From an uncultured delta proteobacterium (GTDB taxonomy: Bacteria > Myxococcota_A > Polyangia > Palsa-1104), in assembly GCA_963785725.1 (NCBI GenBank), contig CAWAWS010000002.1:265703-329702 (forward strand): a stretch of 64,000 nucleotides of DNA. Reading direction: 5' to 3'. Within the stretch, counting starts at the first letter, position 1; each line of letters begins with the position of its first letter. The translations under genes and the position numbers were made by a program. Below the pieces are notes generated by a model that was not told the DNA's origin, did no database searches, and worked only from the letters and a program-made list of their open reading frames with translations. This document shows, piece after piece, positions 1 through 10,341 of this stretch.

Positions 1-1
1 T

Positions 2-1399
2 CACATTCTCGGCGCCTTGCCGAACATCTTCTTCCGCAACCTCGGTCAGCGCGGCGTCATGCCGAAGCTCAACCTCGAGGACGAGACGGATTGGGGCGTC
101 GGCAAGATCGAGCAGTTCACGCAGAAGTCGTTGATGGATCAGTACGCCTGCACCGAGTGCGCGCGCTGCTCCAACTTCTGTCCGGCGTTCAACACCGAGA
201 AGCCGCTGTCGCCGATGCACCTGATTCACGATTTGCGCGACGAGATGCTGACGCGCGGCAACATCGTGTCGCAGATTCACGCGCTCGACGGCGCCATTCA
301 GCAGCACGCCAATCCGTCGGAGATGGGCTATCCGCAGCAGCGCGAGGCGTTGAAGCTGCAGCTGGACGAGCTGCCGCCGCTCGTCGGCGGTCGCATCAAG
401 GACGAGACGTTGTGGTCGTGCACGACCTGCGGCGCCTGCCAGGAAGTGTGCCCGGTCTTCATCGACCATCCGCTCAAGATTCTGCAGATGCGCACGCACC
501 TCGTGCTCACCGAGTCGCGCATGCCGGCCGAGCTGGCGCGCACCTTCTCGAACCTGGAGAAGAACTCGAATCCGTGGGGTATCGCGGCCGAAAAGCGCAT
601 GGAATGGAGCGAGGGACTGGACGTTCCGACGGTCGAGACGAACCCCAATCCCGAGTATCTGCTCTTCGTCGGCTGCGCGGGCGCGTTCGATGATCGCATC
701 AAGAAGACGATGCGCGCGCTCGTCGAGGTCTTGCACGCGGCCAAGGTGAACTTCGCGGTGCTCGGCAAGTCCGAGCAGTGCGTCGGTGATCCGGCGCGGC
801 GCGCGGGCAACGAGTACCTCTTTCAGACGCAGGCGGAAGCGAACGTCACGGCCATCAACGACGCCAAGATTCGCAAGGTCATCGCGTCGTGCCCGCACTG
901 CTTCCACACGATCAAGAACGAGTATCCGCAGCTCGGCGGCAAGTACGAGGTCATCCACCACTCGCAGCTACTCGCGCATCTCTTGGCCGAGAAGAAGCTG
1001 ACCATCGAGAGTCAGGTGGCGGGCAAGATGACCTATCACGACAGCTGTTATCTCGGTCGCTGGAACGGCGAGTACGACGCGCCGCGCGCCATCGCCACGC
1101 AGACGTCGAAGGAGTACGTCGAGATGACGCGCAGCAAGGAGCATGGCTTCTGCTGCGGCGGCGGCGGCGGACGCATGTGGATGGAAGAGAAGATCGGCAC
1201 GCGCGTGAACAACAACCGCGCCGACGAGATCATCGCCACCGGCGCCGAAGTGGCGGCCGTCGCCTGCCCGTTCTGCACCATCATGATCACCGACGGTATG
1301 AAGGCGCGGAACATGGAAGAGAAGGTCCAGATCCTCGATGTCGCCGAGGTCATCGCGAAGTCGCTCAAGCGGAAGGCCGCCCCCGCTCCATCGACGTAA
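2..1399 (+). CDS. Fe-S oxidoreductase with 4Fe-4S dicluster and two CCG domains (HdrD/FadF-like), 5'-truncated by the window edge
   Basis: CTECARCSNFCP and CTTCGACQEVCP ferredoxin motifs; CCG-domain motifs (FVGC, CPHC, YHDSCYLGR, FCCGGGGG, ACPFC); frame is open from base 2. Confidence 0.9.
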   Translation, partial: HILGALPNIFFRNLGQRGVMPKLNLEDETDWGVGKIEQFTQKSLMDQYACTECARCSNFCPAFNTEKPLSPMHLIHDLRDEMLTRGNIVSQIHALDGAIQQHANPSEMGYPQQREALKLQLDELPPLVGGRIKDETLWSCTTCGACQEVCPVFIDHPLKILQMRTHLVLTESRMPAELARTFSNLEKNSNPWGIAAEKRMEWSEGLDVPTVETNPNPEYLLFVGCAGAFDDRIKKTMRALVEVLHAAKVNFAVLGKSEQCVGDPARRAGNEYLFQTQAEANVTAINDAKIRKVIASCPHCFHTIKNEYPQLGGKYEVIHHSQLLAHLLAEKKLTIESQVAGKMTYHDSCYLGRWNGEYDAPRAIATQTSKEYVEMTRSKEHGFCCGGGGGRMWMEEKIGTRVNNNRADEIIATGAEVAAVACPFCTIMITDGMKARNMEEKVQILDVAEVIAKSLKRKAAPAPST

Positions 1400-1429
1400 T
1401 CGGCGTAATTTGTTACAATAGCGGCGCTC

Positions 1430-3399
1430 ATGAGTGCCGATGATTCGCACCCGCAGCCGGTCATCGTGCTGCGGGTCGTGATTCGCAGCCCCGATCTCGA
1501 CACCTTCGTCGCGAAGTATTCACGCTTCATCAAAGACGACCGCATCTTCATCTTCACCAAGTCGTCGCAGCCGGCGGGGACGCAGGTGCGCTTCACGCTC
1601 GAATTGAGCGACGGCAAGCCGCTCATTCACGGCGAAGGCACGGTCACACGCGTGCGGCCCGAGACCGCCGACGTGTCGAAGCCGCCCGGCATGGAGCTGA
1701 AGTTCGTGCCGCTCGATCAGCACAGCCGCGACCTCGTCGATCGCATGTTGAAGGCGCGCGACGGCACGGGGCAGTTTCGCGAGGAGCCGACCGACGCGCA
1801 GACGCAGGTGCGCTCGACGACGTCGCCGGCGCGCGAGTTCGAAGAGCGGCCGCCGACGCTGCCGACGCTGCCGCAGACGGGCGCGTTCTCGGCGCTGGCG
1901 ATGGGGCCGGCGTTGGGCTTACTGCCGCGCACGGATCCGGAGATGCCGCGGCAGGACGAGTCGGGCGCGGTGACGCTGGCGCAGCCGCAGCCGACGAGCA
2001 CGCCGGCGCGGCCGCCGCTGCCGTCGAGCGCGTTCGAGGCGCCGGGGACGATTCCGTCGGGCGGCTTCACGCAGCCGGTGGCGACCGGCGCCGGCACGAC
2101 CGAGCCGTTGAGCGCCGGCGGCGATCGTCATTCGGGCAGCTACTCGTCGCCGACGCCGCTGCCGGCGCCGATTCCGGCGGGCTCGGAGGAGTCGTTCGTC
2201 GGGCCCAGCGACGGATCGCGGCCGAATCGGACGGAGCTCGGCGCGCGCGTGCCGACGCCACCGCGGGCGCAGCCGATCGCCGACGAGCCGCGCGCGTTCG
2301 CGGCGCACGGGCCGGCGCCGCCGTTCGCGGAGTCGTTTCGCACGCCGCTGCCGGGCCAGCCGCCGGCGGCGACACCGACGGGAACGGTGCCGGCCAATCC
2401 GTTCAGCGACGTGTCGGACGGCGCCATCGAATACTTCGTCGAGTGGTCGCTCGAGCAGTCGCGCGACGCCAAGCCCAAAGGCGCGAAAGCGAGCTTCTCG
2501 AACGTCAAGATGGTGACGCCGCAGGCCGAGCGCAGTCGGACGAGGCGCGAGCCGTTCTTGTGGGGCCTCTTGTTCGGGCTGCTCTTCGGGGTGCCGCTCG
2601 GCGCGGGCGGGATTTGGTACGTGTACGTGCGCGGGGCGGAGTTGCTGACGGCCGAGCACGCGCCGCCGGCGCCGACCCGACCGCTGGTCGTGCCCGATCT
2701 GGGAACCGCGAGCGCAACGGCCGCGACTGCGACGACCGCGGCGCCGGAAGCGACGACCGCGCCGAAAGACGCGGCGGCAGCGCCTGTGGCGACGGCGGCG
2801 CTGCCGACGAAGCCGCCGCCGGCCGAGCCGGCGAAGCGACGGTCGCGCCGGCCAAGCCGACGGCCGCGCCGGCCAAGCCGACGGCGAGCGAGCCGGCGAA
2901 ACCGGCCGTCGTCGACTGGGCCAAGGCGCCGATCGCTCCGGCCAAGCCGCCAACGGACGCGGACGGCAAGCCGCTGAAAGTGGCGAAGGCGGAGCTGCAG
3001 GTGACGTCGAAGCCGCCGGGCGCCGCGGTCACCATCGACGGGCAGGACAAAGGCAAGACGCCGCTGACGCTGATGGTGCCGGCCGGTGCGCACGAGGTCG
3101 CCGTCGCCAAGGAGCGCTACGCGACGGTGACGCAGTCGGTGACGACGCCGGGCAAGCTCGACGTCGCGCTCAAACGGCCGACGGCGACGCTGCATGTCGA
3201 CTCCGATCCGGCGGGCGGCGACGTCGTCGTCGAGGGCAAGCCGCGCGGCAAGACGCCGGTCGACGTGACGCTGGAGGCGTTCCACCACTACGACGTCTCG
3301 GTGACGCTGCTCGGGACCAAGCCGTGGCATAAGCGCGTGAGCCTGAAGCCTCCACAAGTTGACGTAACCGCTAAGCTTTTGGTGGTGCACGGCGAATAG
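1430..3399 (+). CDS. TIGR02266 (myxobacterial PilZ-like) domain + Pro-rich linker + TM helix + two PEGA domains; frameshift near 2836
   Basis: N-terminus IFIFTKSSQPAGTQVRFTLEL..PPGMELKF; TM FLWGLLFGLLFGVPLGAGGIWY; PEGA motifs VTSKPPGAAVTIDG/GKTP lie in another frame and join via PAKPT repeats if one base is restored at ~2836. Confidence 0.75.
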
Positions 3400-3445
3400 A
3401 TCGGTTGCCGTTGATTGGTCCGACCACTTGTCCTAAGATATGAAT

Positions 3446-5452
3446 ATGCGGCAGGTGGCGGCAGACGCGGCGGTGGCGAGCGGACGCCTCGCGGGATCAG
3501 GCCCGCGCGCGAATTCGTCGTCGGGACCAGCGCGTGACGGTCTCGGCGAGCGGGAGCGCGCGTCGCTGTTGGCCGTGGCGCGGGCGGCGATGCCGGCGGG
3601 CACGCTGTTCAGCGGCGCCGGGCCGGCGACGGTGGCCAAGCTGGAGCAGTTCCTCGCGCTCTCGCCGCCGTCGGTGACGAAGGCTTACCGCGGCATGCTG
3701 TTGGCGATCGAGGGCGCGGCCTGGCTGCATCATCGCAAACCGCTGGCACAGCTGGCGGAGGCGGACGTGCTGGCGCTGCTCGAGCGGTGGCGTGGCGGCG
3801 ACATCGCGCGGCGCACGGTCATTCGCATGCTGACGGCGCCGCTGAAGATCGCGCATTACAACGATCCGCGCATGTATCGCGACGTCGGCTGTCGCTTCGG
3901 CACGCTGCCGGTGGCGCGCGAAGCGCCGCCGCGCTGGATGCAAGAGCGCGTGCATGCGGCGGCGCAGCTCGACGACGACGAGACGATCGACTGCGACGTC
4001 GTCGTCATCGGCACCGGCGCCGGCGGCGCGGTCGTCGCCAAGGAGCTGGCCGAGCGCGGCCACGCCGTCGTGCTCATCGAAGAGGGCGACTACCACACGC
4101 GCGCCGACTTCAGCGGCCACGCCGTCGACATGCAGCGCAAGCTCTACCGCGACATGGGCGCGACGATCTCCGTCGGCAACGCGGTCATCCCCATTCCGCT
4201 CGGCCGCGCGGTCGGTGGCACGACGGCCATCAACTCCGGCACCTGCTATCGCACGCCGGCGCGCGTGCTCGAGCATTGGGCGCGCGACTTCGGCCTCGAC
4301 GAGCTCGGCGGCGGCCAGATGGACGCCTATTTCGCGCGCGTCGAAGCCGTGCTCGGTGTCGCCAAAGCGGACGCGCGCCACTTGGGCGGCGTCGCGCGCG
4401 TCGTCGCCCGCGGCTGCGACGTGCTCGGCTACGCGCATTCGCCGCTCGCGCGCAACGCGCCCGAGTGCGACGGCCAAGGCGTCTGCTGTCTCGGCTGTCC
4501 GACCGACGCCAAGCGCTCGACCAACGTCAGCTACGTGCCGCTCGCGCTCAAGGCCGGCGCCGAGCTGTTCACCGGATTCCGCGCCGAGCGCGTCCTCGTC
4601 GAGCGCGGCCGCGCCGCCGGCGTCGTCGCGCGCAACCGCAACAGCGACGGCGAATTACGCACGCTGACGGTGCGCGCGCCCCACGTCGTCGTCGCCTGCG
4701 GCTCGCTCTTGACGCCGCTGTTGCTCGAGGCCTCGGGAATCGGCGCGACGTCGGGACAGCTCGGCCGCAACCTGTCGATTCACCCGGCGCTCGCGGTCAT
4801 GGCTGACTTCGAAGAGCGCATCGACGGCGGCAACGCCATCCCGCAAGGCTACGCCATCGAGCACTTTCACGATGAAGGCATCCTCTTCGAAGGCGCCTTT
4901 GCCGCGCTCGACGTCGCCGCGGCCACGTTCACGATGATCGGCCCGCGCCTCGTGCAGCTGCTCGAACGCTACGATCACATCGCCTGCTTCGGCATCATGA
5001 TCGAAGATCGCTCGCGCGGTCGCGTGCGCCGCGGCCCGGGCGGTCGACCGCTCATCACCTACAACGTCGGCGATCACGACGTCGCGCGCTTGAAACGTGC
5101 CGTCGACATCCTGAGCCGCGTCTACTTTGCCGCCGGCGCGCGCAGCGTGTTCCCGATGATCCACGGCTTCGACGAGCTGCGCAGCCCCGACGACTTGCGC
5201 GACTTGCAACAGGCGAAGCTGAAGGCGCGCGACTTCGAGATCACGGCCTATCACCCGCTCGGGACGGCGCGCATGGGACGCGACCCGCGCGCCAGCGTCG
5301 TCGGCGCCGATCACGAGACGCACGACACGCCCGGCGTCTACGTGGCCGACGGCAGCGTCGTGCCCTCGTCGCCGTCGGTCAATCCGCAGGTGACGATCAT
5401 GGCGCTGGCGACGCGCGCCGCCGACCAATTGGCCGCCAAGCTCGAACGCTGA
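3446..5452 (+). CDS. GMC family oxidoreductase (long-chain alcohol oxidase-like) with fused N-terminal helical domain
   Basis: GTGAGG FAD motif, GRAVGGTTAINSG, CDGQGVCCLGC, HPLGTARMG, VADGS..P..NPQVTIMALA; start 3440 or 3446. Confidence 0.9.
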   Translation: MRQVAADAAVASGRLAGSGPRANSSSGPARDGLGERERASLLAVARAAMPAGTLFSGAGPATVAKLEQFLALSPPSVTKAYRGMLLAIEGAAWLHHRKPLAQLAEADVLALLERWRGGDIARRTVIRMLTAPLKIAHYNDPRMYRDVGCRFGTLPVAREAPPRWMQERVHAAAQLDDDETIDCDVVVIGTGAGGAVVAKELAERGHAVVLIEEGDYHTRADFSGHAVDMQRKLYRDMGATISVGNAVIPIPLGRAVGGTTAINSGTCYRTPARVLEHWARDFGLDELGGGQMDAYFARVEAVLGVAKADARHLGGVARVVARGCDVLGYAHSPLARNAPECDGQGVCCLGCPTDAKRSTNVSYVPLALKAGAELFTGFRAERVLVERGRAAGVVARNRNSDGELRTLTVRAPHVVVACGSLLTPLLLEASGIGATSGQLGRNLSIHPALAVMADFEERIDGGNAIPQGYAIEHFHDEGILFEGAFAALDVAAATFTMIGPRLVQLLERYDHIACFGIMIEDRSRGRVRRGPGGRPLITYNVGDHDVARLKRAVDILSRVYFAAGARSVFPMIHGFDELRSPDDLRDLQQAKLKARDFEITAYHPLGTARMGRDPRASVVGADHETHDTPGVYVADGSVVPSSPSVNPQVTIMALATRAADQLAAKLER

Positions 5453-5579
5453 ACGCGCATGGCTCGTCTCCGCGCCGGTCGTGAAGCTCGCCCGGCACCA
5501 TGGAAACCACCCGATTAGCGCTCGAGCGCTTCACATGGCGCGCACACCCGCGAATCAGCGTCGGTGCGCCCGCCTTCGG

Positions 5580-7025
5580 TCATGTCCTCTGCGTATTGGC
5601 TCGAACCGCGGACAATAACGCTGCCAGCACGTTGGCTTCATTCTGCTCCGGCGTCAGAGACGATACGGTTCCATATTCGGCGCTCAAATAGCCTTCATAG
5701 GTCGTATCGCTCAGCGCCGCGAGAAAGCGTTCCAGCTGCTTCAACGATGGGTGAAAGCCCTCCTTGAAGATGCGCGTCATGGCGCGCCGGCAGTCGTCTG
5801 CGCGGTGGATCGGAAATACGCCCTCGGCAAACTGGTAGAAGTTGTGCCCGAACAGCAGCACCGGCTTCTCGCGGAACAGCGCCTCCCAACCGGCGGTGCC
5901 CGTCGCGGTCGCCACGGCGACGCTCTTCTGCATCAGCTCGTAGGTGTCGAAGCGCTTGGGCACCAGCGTGGTCCGCGGCAGCGCGCGCAGCTCGTCGTAA
6001 TATTCGGGATAGCGCCCGAGCTGCTTCTTCTGCATCGGATGCTCTTTGATGTAGAGGTGCACGTCCTCGGGCATGGTGGCGGCGATCAGCTGCGCGATCA
6101 GCCCCTGGTCGACGAACGCGCCCGCCAGCGGCGACGTGGTCATCTCCGGCTGATAATGCAGCGCCAGATAGATGAACTTGCGGCTCACGTCCGGCGGCGA
6201 CGACAGCGCTTCGTAGCGCGCCAGCATCTCCTGATCGGCGCGCGCCCGCTGCCGCGTCTCCAAAGCGCGCGTGGAGTACTCTTTCCAGAAGCCGGGGTTG
6301 AGCAACTTGCTGCGCACCAGCGACGGATCTTTGCCCAACACCCGCGCCACCCGCGTCACCCGGCTGGTGATGGACGGCCCCACCGGACGCGGCTGCGCGT
6401 TCATGTAGAACGGCGTCGGCTTGGCGCTGCTGGTCTGGCGCTCGTAGTCGCGACGAAAGCGCCCGCTCAGCTCCACCTCGGCGCCCTGCAGCGCGGCGTA
6501 GCGCTGCGCAATCGCGGGCGACGAGCGCTCCCAGTCGGTGAGCATCAAGAAGGTGTCGCTCACCTGCGTCTGGAATCCGAAGATCGCCGGAATCCCGTGC
6601 AGCTTGCAGAGCGAATAGACGACAAAATCGAACGTCTCGTGGGGAACGTTCAACCCCAGATAGAAGTCGATTTTCTCTTCGAGAATGACGTGATTCCAAT
6701 AACGGACGTGCTTCAAATACACGTTCTTGCGCTGCTGATACGACTGTGGAAACGCCTGCTCCAGCCGATCGCACATCTTGAGGAAGACGACCTCGGCGCC
6801 GGCCAGCCGCTCGAGCAGCTCCTCGTCGATTGGGCGCAATCGGCTCCAATCGACGTGATAATCGCCCCAGTTCAAATCCCACCAGAAATGGGACACGGAG
6901 TTGGAGATATTCGAGCGGAGATCGAAATGAGTGAGCTGGCAATATTCGATCCCCAGCTCCGCTACGAGCTTTTCCAGTATTGGCTGCTGCCAGGGGTCCT
7001 GAAATCCGTGGAGGATGGCGCGCAT
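5580..7025 (-). CDS. Capsule polysaccharide biosynthesis/export protein (KpsS/LipB-like, GT-B fold)
   Basis: YLALHYQPE, LYIKEHP and TATGTAGWEALFREKPVLLFG motifs; ATG at 7025 overlaps the stop of the upstream ABC gene (TGATG). Confidence 0.75.
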   Translation of the reverse strand: MRAILHGFQDPWQQPILEKLVAELGIEYCQLTHFDLRSNISNSVSHFWWDLNWGDYHVDWSRLRPIDEELLERLAGAEVVFLKMCDRLEQAFPQSYQQRKNVYLKHVRYWNHVILEEKIDFYLGLNVPHETFDFVVYSLCKLHGIPAIFGFQTQVSDTFLMLTDWERSSPAIAQRYAALQGAEVELSGRFRRDYERQTSSAKPTPFYMNAQPRPVGPSITSRVTRVARVLGKDPSLVRSKLLNPGFWKEYSTRALETRQRARADQEMLARYEALSSPPDVSRKFIYLALHYQPEMTTSPLAGAFVDQGLIAQLIAATMPEDVHLYIKEHPMQKKQLGRYPEYYDELRALPRTTLVPKRFDTYELMQKSVAVATATGTAGWEALFREKPVLLFGHNFYQFAEGVFPIHRADDCRRAMTRIFKEGFHPSLKQLERFLAALSDTTYEGYLSAEYGTVSSLTPEQNEANVLAALLSAVRANTQRT

Positions 7026-8824
7026 CAACCGACCGCCTGCACTTCCTGCGTGAGCTTCTGCAGCTCGATCATTTTGTGAAAACGCGAGCCGCTGCGCGAC
7101 ACCAGCTCGTCGTAGGAGCCCTTTTCCACGATGCGCCCCTCGTGCAGCACGCAGATCAGGTCGCAGTTGCGGATGGTGGAGAGCCGGTGGGCGATGATGA
7201 GGATGGTCATCTGCCCGCGCAAACCGTCGATGCTCTGCTGGATGGCGCGCTCCGACTCGGAGTCGAGGGCGCTGGTCGCCTCGTCGAGCACCAGGATATC
7301 GGGGCGCTTGAACAGCTCGCGCGCGATCGCCAGGCGCTGCCGCTGCCCGCCCGACAGGCGCACGCCGCGGTCGCCGACCGGCGATTCGAACCCTTGCGGC
7401 GTGGACTCGATGAACTCCAGACACTTGGCGCGCTTGGCGGCGTCGCGGATGGCGCTCATGTCGCTGGAGGTCCACAACGCGATGTTGTTGGCCACGGTGT
7501 CGTCGAAGAGCATCGCGTCCTGCGGAACGTAACCGATGTGCGGCCGCATGGATTCGAGGTCGAGGTCGGCCAGCGAAGTGCCGTCGATGGCGATGCTCCC
7601 AGTCACCGGCTTGAGCGTCCCCATGATCAGGTCGACCAGCGTCGATTTTCCCGATCCCGATTCACCGACGAACGCGACGGTGGCGTTGCGAGCGATCGTC
7701 AGGTCGACGTCGCGTAGGACCGCGCGCTCGGGCACATAGTCGAAGCCGAGCTTCTCCAGACGAATCTCCTTATCCAGCTGCGCATAGGGCTTCTTTCCGT
7801 TGGGCTCCACCTGACGCTCGAAATCGTCGAATGACGACTGCACCAGATCGATCGGACCGACATATCCGAGGAAGGACTGCCAGCCATATTGCAGCGTCCA
7901 CAACTCATTCATGATGCGGAAGAAATAGAGCAACAGAACGAACAGCGCGCCCAGCGGCTGATGCTGAATCCCCGCGCGGTAATACAAGACCGCCGCCAAA
8001 AACATCACCATCAACGGCTGTGACACCGACTGAGAAAACGCGTTGGCCGCCGAGTTTCGATATTCGGCGTCGGCCAGTCGTTGCGCCGCTCCGTCGATGC
8101 GCGCCTCGAAGGGGGCGAATCCTGCCGTCGCGCGCAGGTATTTGAAGGCCTGCACCATCTGAATCAACAGGCTGGTGAGGACAGCGTTCTCCTTCACCGT
8201 CACCCGCGAGGCGTGCACCGAGAATCGCCCGCTGAAACGAATCATTCCGACGGTGATCAGACCCATGAAACCGCAAATGATGGTCAGCCGCCAGTCGAGC
8301 CACAGCACCATGCCGAAAAATACGATGACGTTCAGCGCCGGCGGAAAGGTGCGAATGAAGAACAAGAACCCCGAAGCGACCTTGCTGACCTCGTTGACCA
8401 GAAGGTTCGAGTAGAAGCCGGCGTTGTTGGCGACAATCATCCGATAGTCGAGGCGCCTGAGGCCCTTGATGACCCGCCGCCGCAGCTTCAGCGGGATGTG
8501 CGCCGTGAGGTGTCCCTGATACGAGAGCGTCACCATGGTCAGGATTCCCTTGACCAGAAAGGCGGCGACGATGAACGGCAACGCGCCCAGCGGAGTCAGC
8601 GGAATATGCAGAAAATGAAACACCTTGCTCAGCGACGCCGAGAGCGCGTCCGGCTCGCCTTCGCCGCGCAGCAGCGGAAAAAATAGGGCGATGCCGATGC
8701 CTTCGGCGTAGCTCATCAGCACGTTCAGCGCCGTGAGCACGTACATATGACCGCCGACCAGCTGGCGAAACGTGCGGAAATATCGCGTGAAGAGCCGCGG
8801 AATCTCGAAGACGACGGAGAGCAT
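7025..8824 (-). CDS. ABC transporter permease/ATP-binding fusion (MsbA/PglK-like glycan flippase)
   Basis: N-terminal TM domain; GESGSGKST Walker A, LSGGQRQR signature, LVLDEATSALD Walker B, IAHRLST. Confidence 0.9.
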   Translation of the reverse strand: MLSVVFEIPRLFTRYFRTFRQLVGGHMYVLTALNVLMSYAEGIGIALFFPLLRGEGEPDALSASLSKVFHFLHIPLTPLGALPFIVAAFLVKGILTMVTLSYQGHLTAHIPLKLRRRVIKGLRRLDYRMIVANNAGFYSNLLVNEVSKVASGFLFFIRTFPPALNVIVFFGMVLWLDWRLTIICGFMGLITVGMIRFSGRFSVHASRVTVKENAVLTSLLIQMVQAFKYLRATAGFAPFEARIDGAAQRLADAEYRNSAANAFSQSVSQPLMVMFLAAVLYYRAGIQHQPLGALFVLLLYFFRIMNELWTLQYGWQSFLGYVGPIDLVQSSFDDFERQVEPNGKKPYAQLDKEIRLEKLGFDYVPERAVLRDVDLTIARNATVAFVGESGSGKSTLVDLIMGTLKPVTGSIAIDGTSLADLDLESMRPHIGYVPQDAMLFDDTVANNIALWTSSDMSAIRDAAKRAKCLEFIESTPQGFESPVGDRGVRLSGGQRQRLAIARELFKRPDILVLDEATSALDSESERAIQQSIDGLRGQMTILIIAHRLSTIRNCDLICVLHEGRIVEKGSYDELVSRSGSRFHKMIELQKLTQEVQAVG

Positions 8825-8890
8825 CAGCGGCCCAACGTCGTCAGCGGGCGCCCGGGCACGTAGCAGTAATCCAGCGCCCTCGGCGAAGGC

Positions 8891-9046
8891 ATGCGGTTCC
8901 ATACCATCCGCCTATTGGTCAGGCAAGCCGTCGACAACGAGCTCCTGGTGGTCGACGACGCCTCCAGCGACGGGACGCAGGCGGTGTTGGCGGAGATGGC
9001 GAGCGCGAGCGTTCGTCGCTACGCGGTGCCCGTGACGCGTGGTTGA
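8891..9046 (+). pseudogene. Glycosyltransferase family 2 N-terminal remnant (51 aa)
   Basis: Manual translation MRFHTIRLLVRQAVDNELLVVDDASSDGTQAVLAEM...*; VVDDASSDGT matches the GT2 VVDDGSTDGT motif and the ORF stops before any DxD. Confidence 0.6.
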
Positions 9047-9130
9047 AAGCGTGCGCAATCCACCGCATCGAGCGGTAGGCTCGAGCGCTGAACGCATACG
9101 GTCGGGAGGATTTACGGCGAGCCGGAACGG

Positions 9131-9631
9131 TTACTCGTGATCGTGGTCGTGGTCGTGCTCGTCACCGTCGTGCGTGTGGCCGTGCTCGATCTCCTCGGCC
9201 GTCGCGTCCCGCACTTCGCGCACGTCGACGTGGAAGAACAGCGTCTCGCCGGCCAGCGGATGGTTGGCGTCGACGACGACCGCGTCCTCCTTCAGCTCGA
9301 CGACGCGCACCGGCAGCGCCTGGCCCTCGTCATCTTCGCCGATGAAGGAGTCGCCGACCGAGAGCTTGGCGTCCTCGGGGAAGGCCGAGCGCGGGACGCT
9401 GAAAACGCCTTCGGGATCGGGCACGCCGTAGCCCTCTTCGGGCGTGACGACGACGTCCTTGCCCTGGCCGGCTTCCATGCCCTCGAGCTCTTTTTCCAGA
9501 CCAGGGACGATCTGGCTGAAGCCATGCAAATAGGTGAGCGGCTCGGCGCCGTCGGACGTGTCGAGCACGTCGCCTCCCTTGTTGCGCAGCGTGTAGTCGA
9601 GTCGTACCACTTTGTTTTCCGCGATCCGCAT
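9131..9631 (-). CDS. slyD: FKBP-type peptidyl-prolyl isomerase SlyD
   Basis: PLTYLHG..QIVPGLEKEL, PEEGYG, VDANHPLAGETLFF and a His/Asp-rich tail. Confidence 0.95.
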   Translation of the reverse strand: MRIAENKVVRLDYTLRNKGGDVLDTSDGAEPLTYLHGFSQIVPGLEKELEGMEAGQGKDVVVTPEEGYGVPDPEGVFSVPRSAFPEDAKLSVGDSFIGEDDEGQALPVRVVELKEDAVVVDANHPLAGETLFFHVDVREVRDATAEEIEHGHTHDGDEHDHDHDHE

Positions 9632-9705
9632 GATGGCCCACATCATCGGCGCGCGGCCGGGCGCGGTCAAGCCGCCGAATGCGGGAATCGTGATAGGTTC
9701 CGCTC

Positions 9706-10341
9706 GTGACCGAACCAACGCCGGAATCGAGAAGCGCTGCCATCCCAGTCTCCGCACCGCCGCAGCGACCGGCGCTCCTGTTCGTGCTGGGCGCCTTCGG
9801 GCTCGTCATCGGCGCGCTGGTGTCGGCGACGTCGCTCAGTACGGCGCTCGGGCTCCTCTTGCCGCGCGATAAGTACGTCGACATCGTCAAGCAGCAGAAC
9901 CCGATGAGCTTCCGCCTGCAGCCGGCGGAGCTGGAGAAGCTCGCGCTGCACGAGGCCGAGGCGCAATACGATCGGCGCCTGGCGACACTGCCGTTGGCGG
10001 CGGCGGGAATCGTCATCTCGTGCCTGCTGTTCTCGGGCGCGCTGCGCAGCATGATGGGAGATCCGACGGCGCTCTCGACGTGGAGGCTGGCGGCGACGGC
10101 GGCGTTACCGCATCGGCTGTTGACGTTCGTGGCGGTGGTGGTGACGAGCCATGACGTCGAGCGGCTGTTCGGTGGGCTGAAGGCGGCGCCGTTTCTGGAG
10201 ACGCGGCTCGCGGTCGATCAGACGCTCGCGGCGATGGCGGCGGTGCTGTTGACGATCTATTTCACCGCCTGCTTGTTGATGCTGCGACGGCTGGGCGTGC
10301 CTGCGGAAGCTAGCGGCGACGCAAAACGAAGCCGGCCATAG
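9706..10341 (+). CDS. Hypothetical membrane protein
   Basis: Several hydrophobic segments, GC3-biased codons, TAGGTT -10-like box 6 nt before GTG. Confidence 0.6.
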   Translation: MTEPTPESRSAAIPVSAPPQRPALLFVLGAFGLVIGALVSATSLSTALGLLLPRDKYVDIVKQQNPMSFRLQPAELEKLALHEAEAQYDRRLATLPLAAAGIVISCLLFSGALRSMMGDPTALSTWRLAATAALPHRLLTFVAVVVTSHDVERLFGGLKAAPFLETRLAVDQTLAAMAAVLLTIYFTACLLMLRRLGVPAEASGDAKRSRP

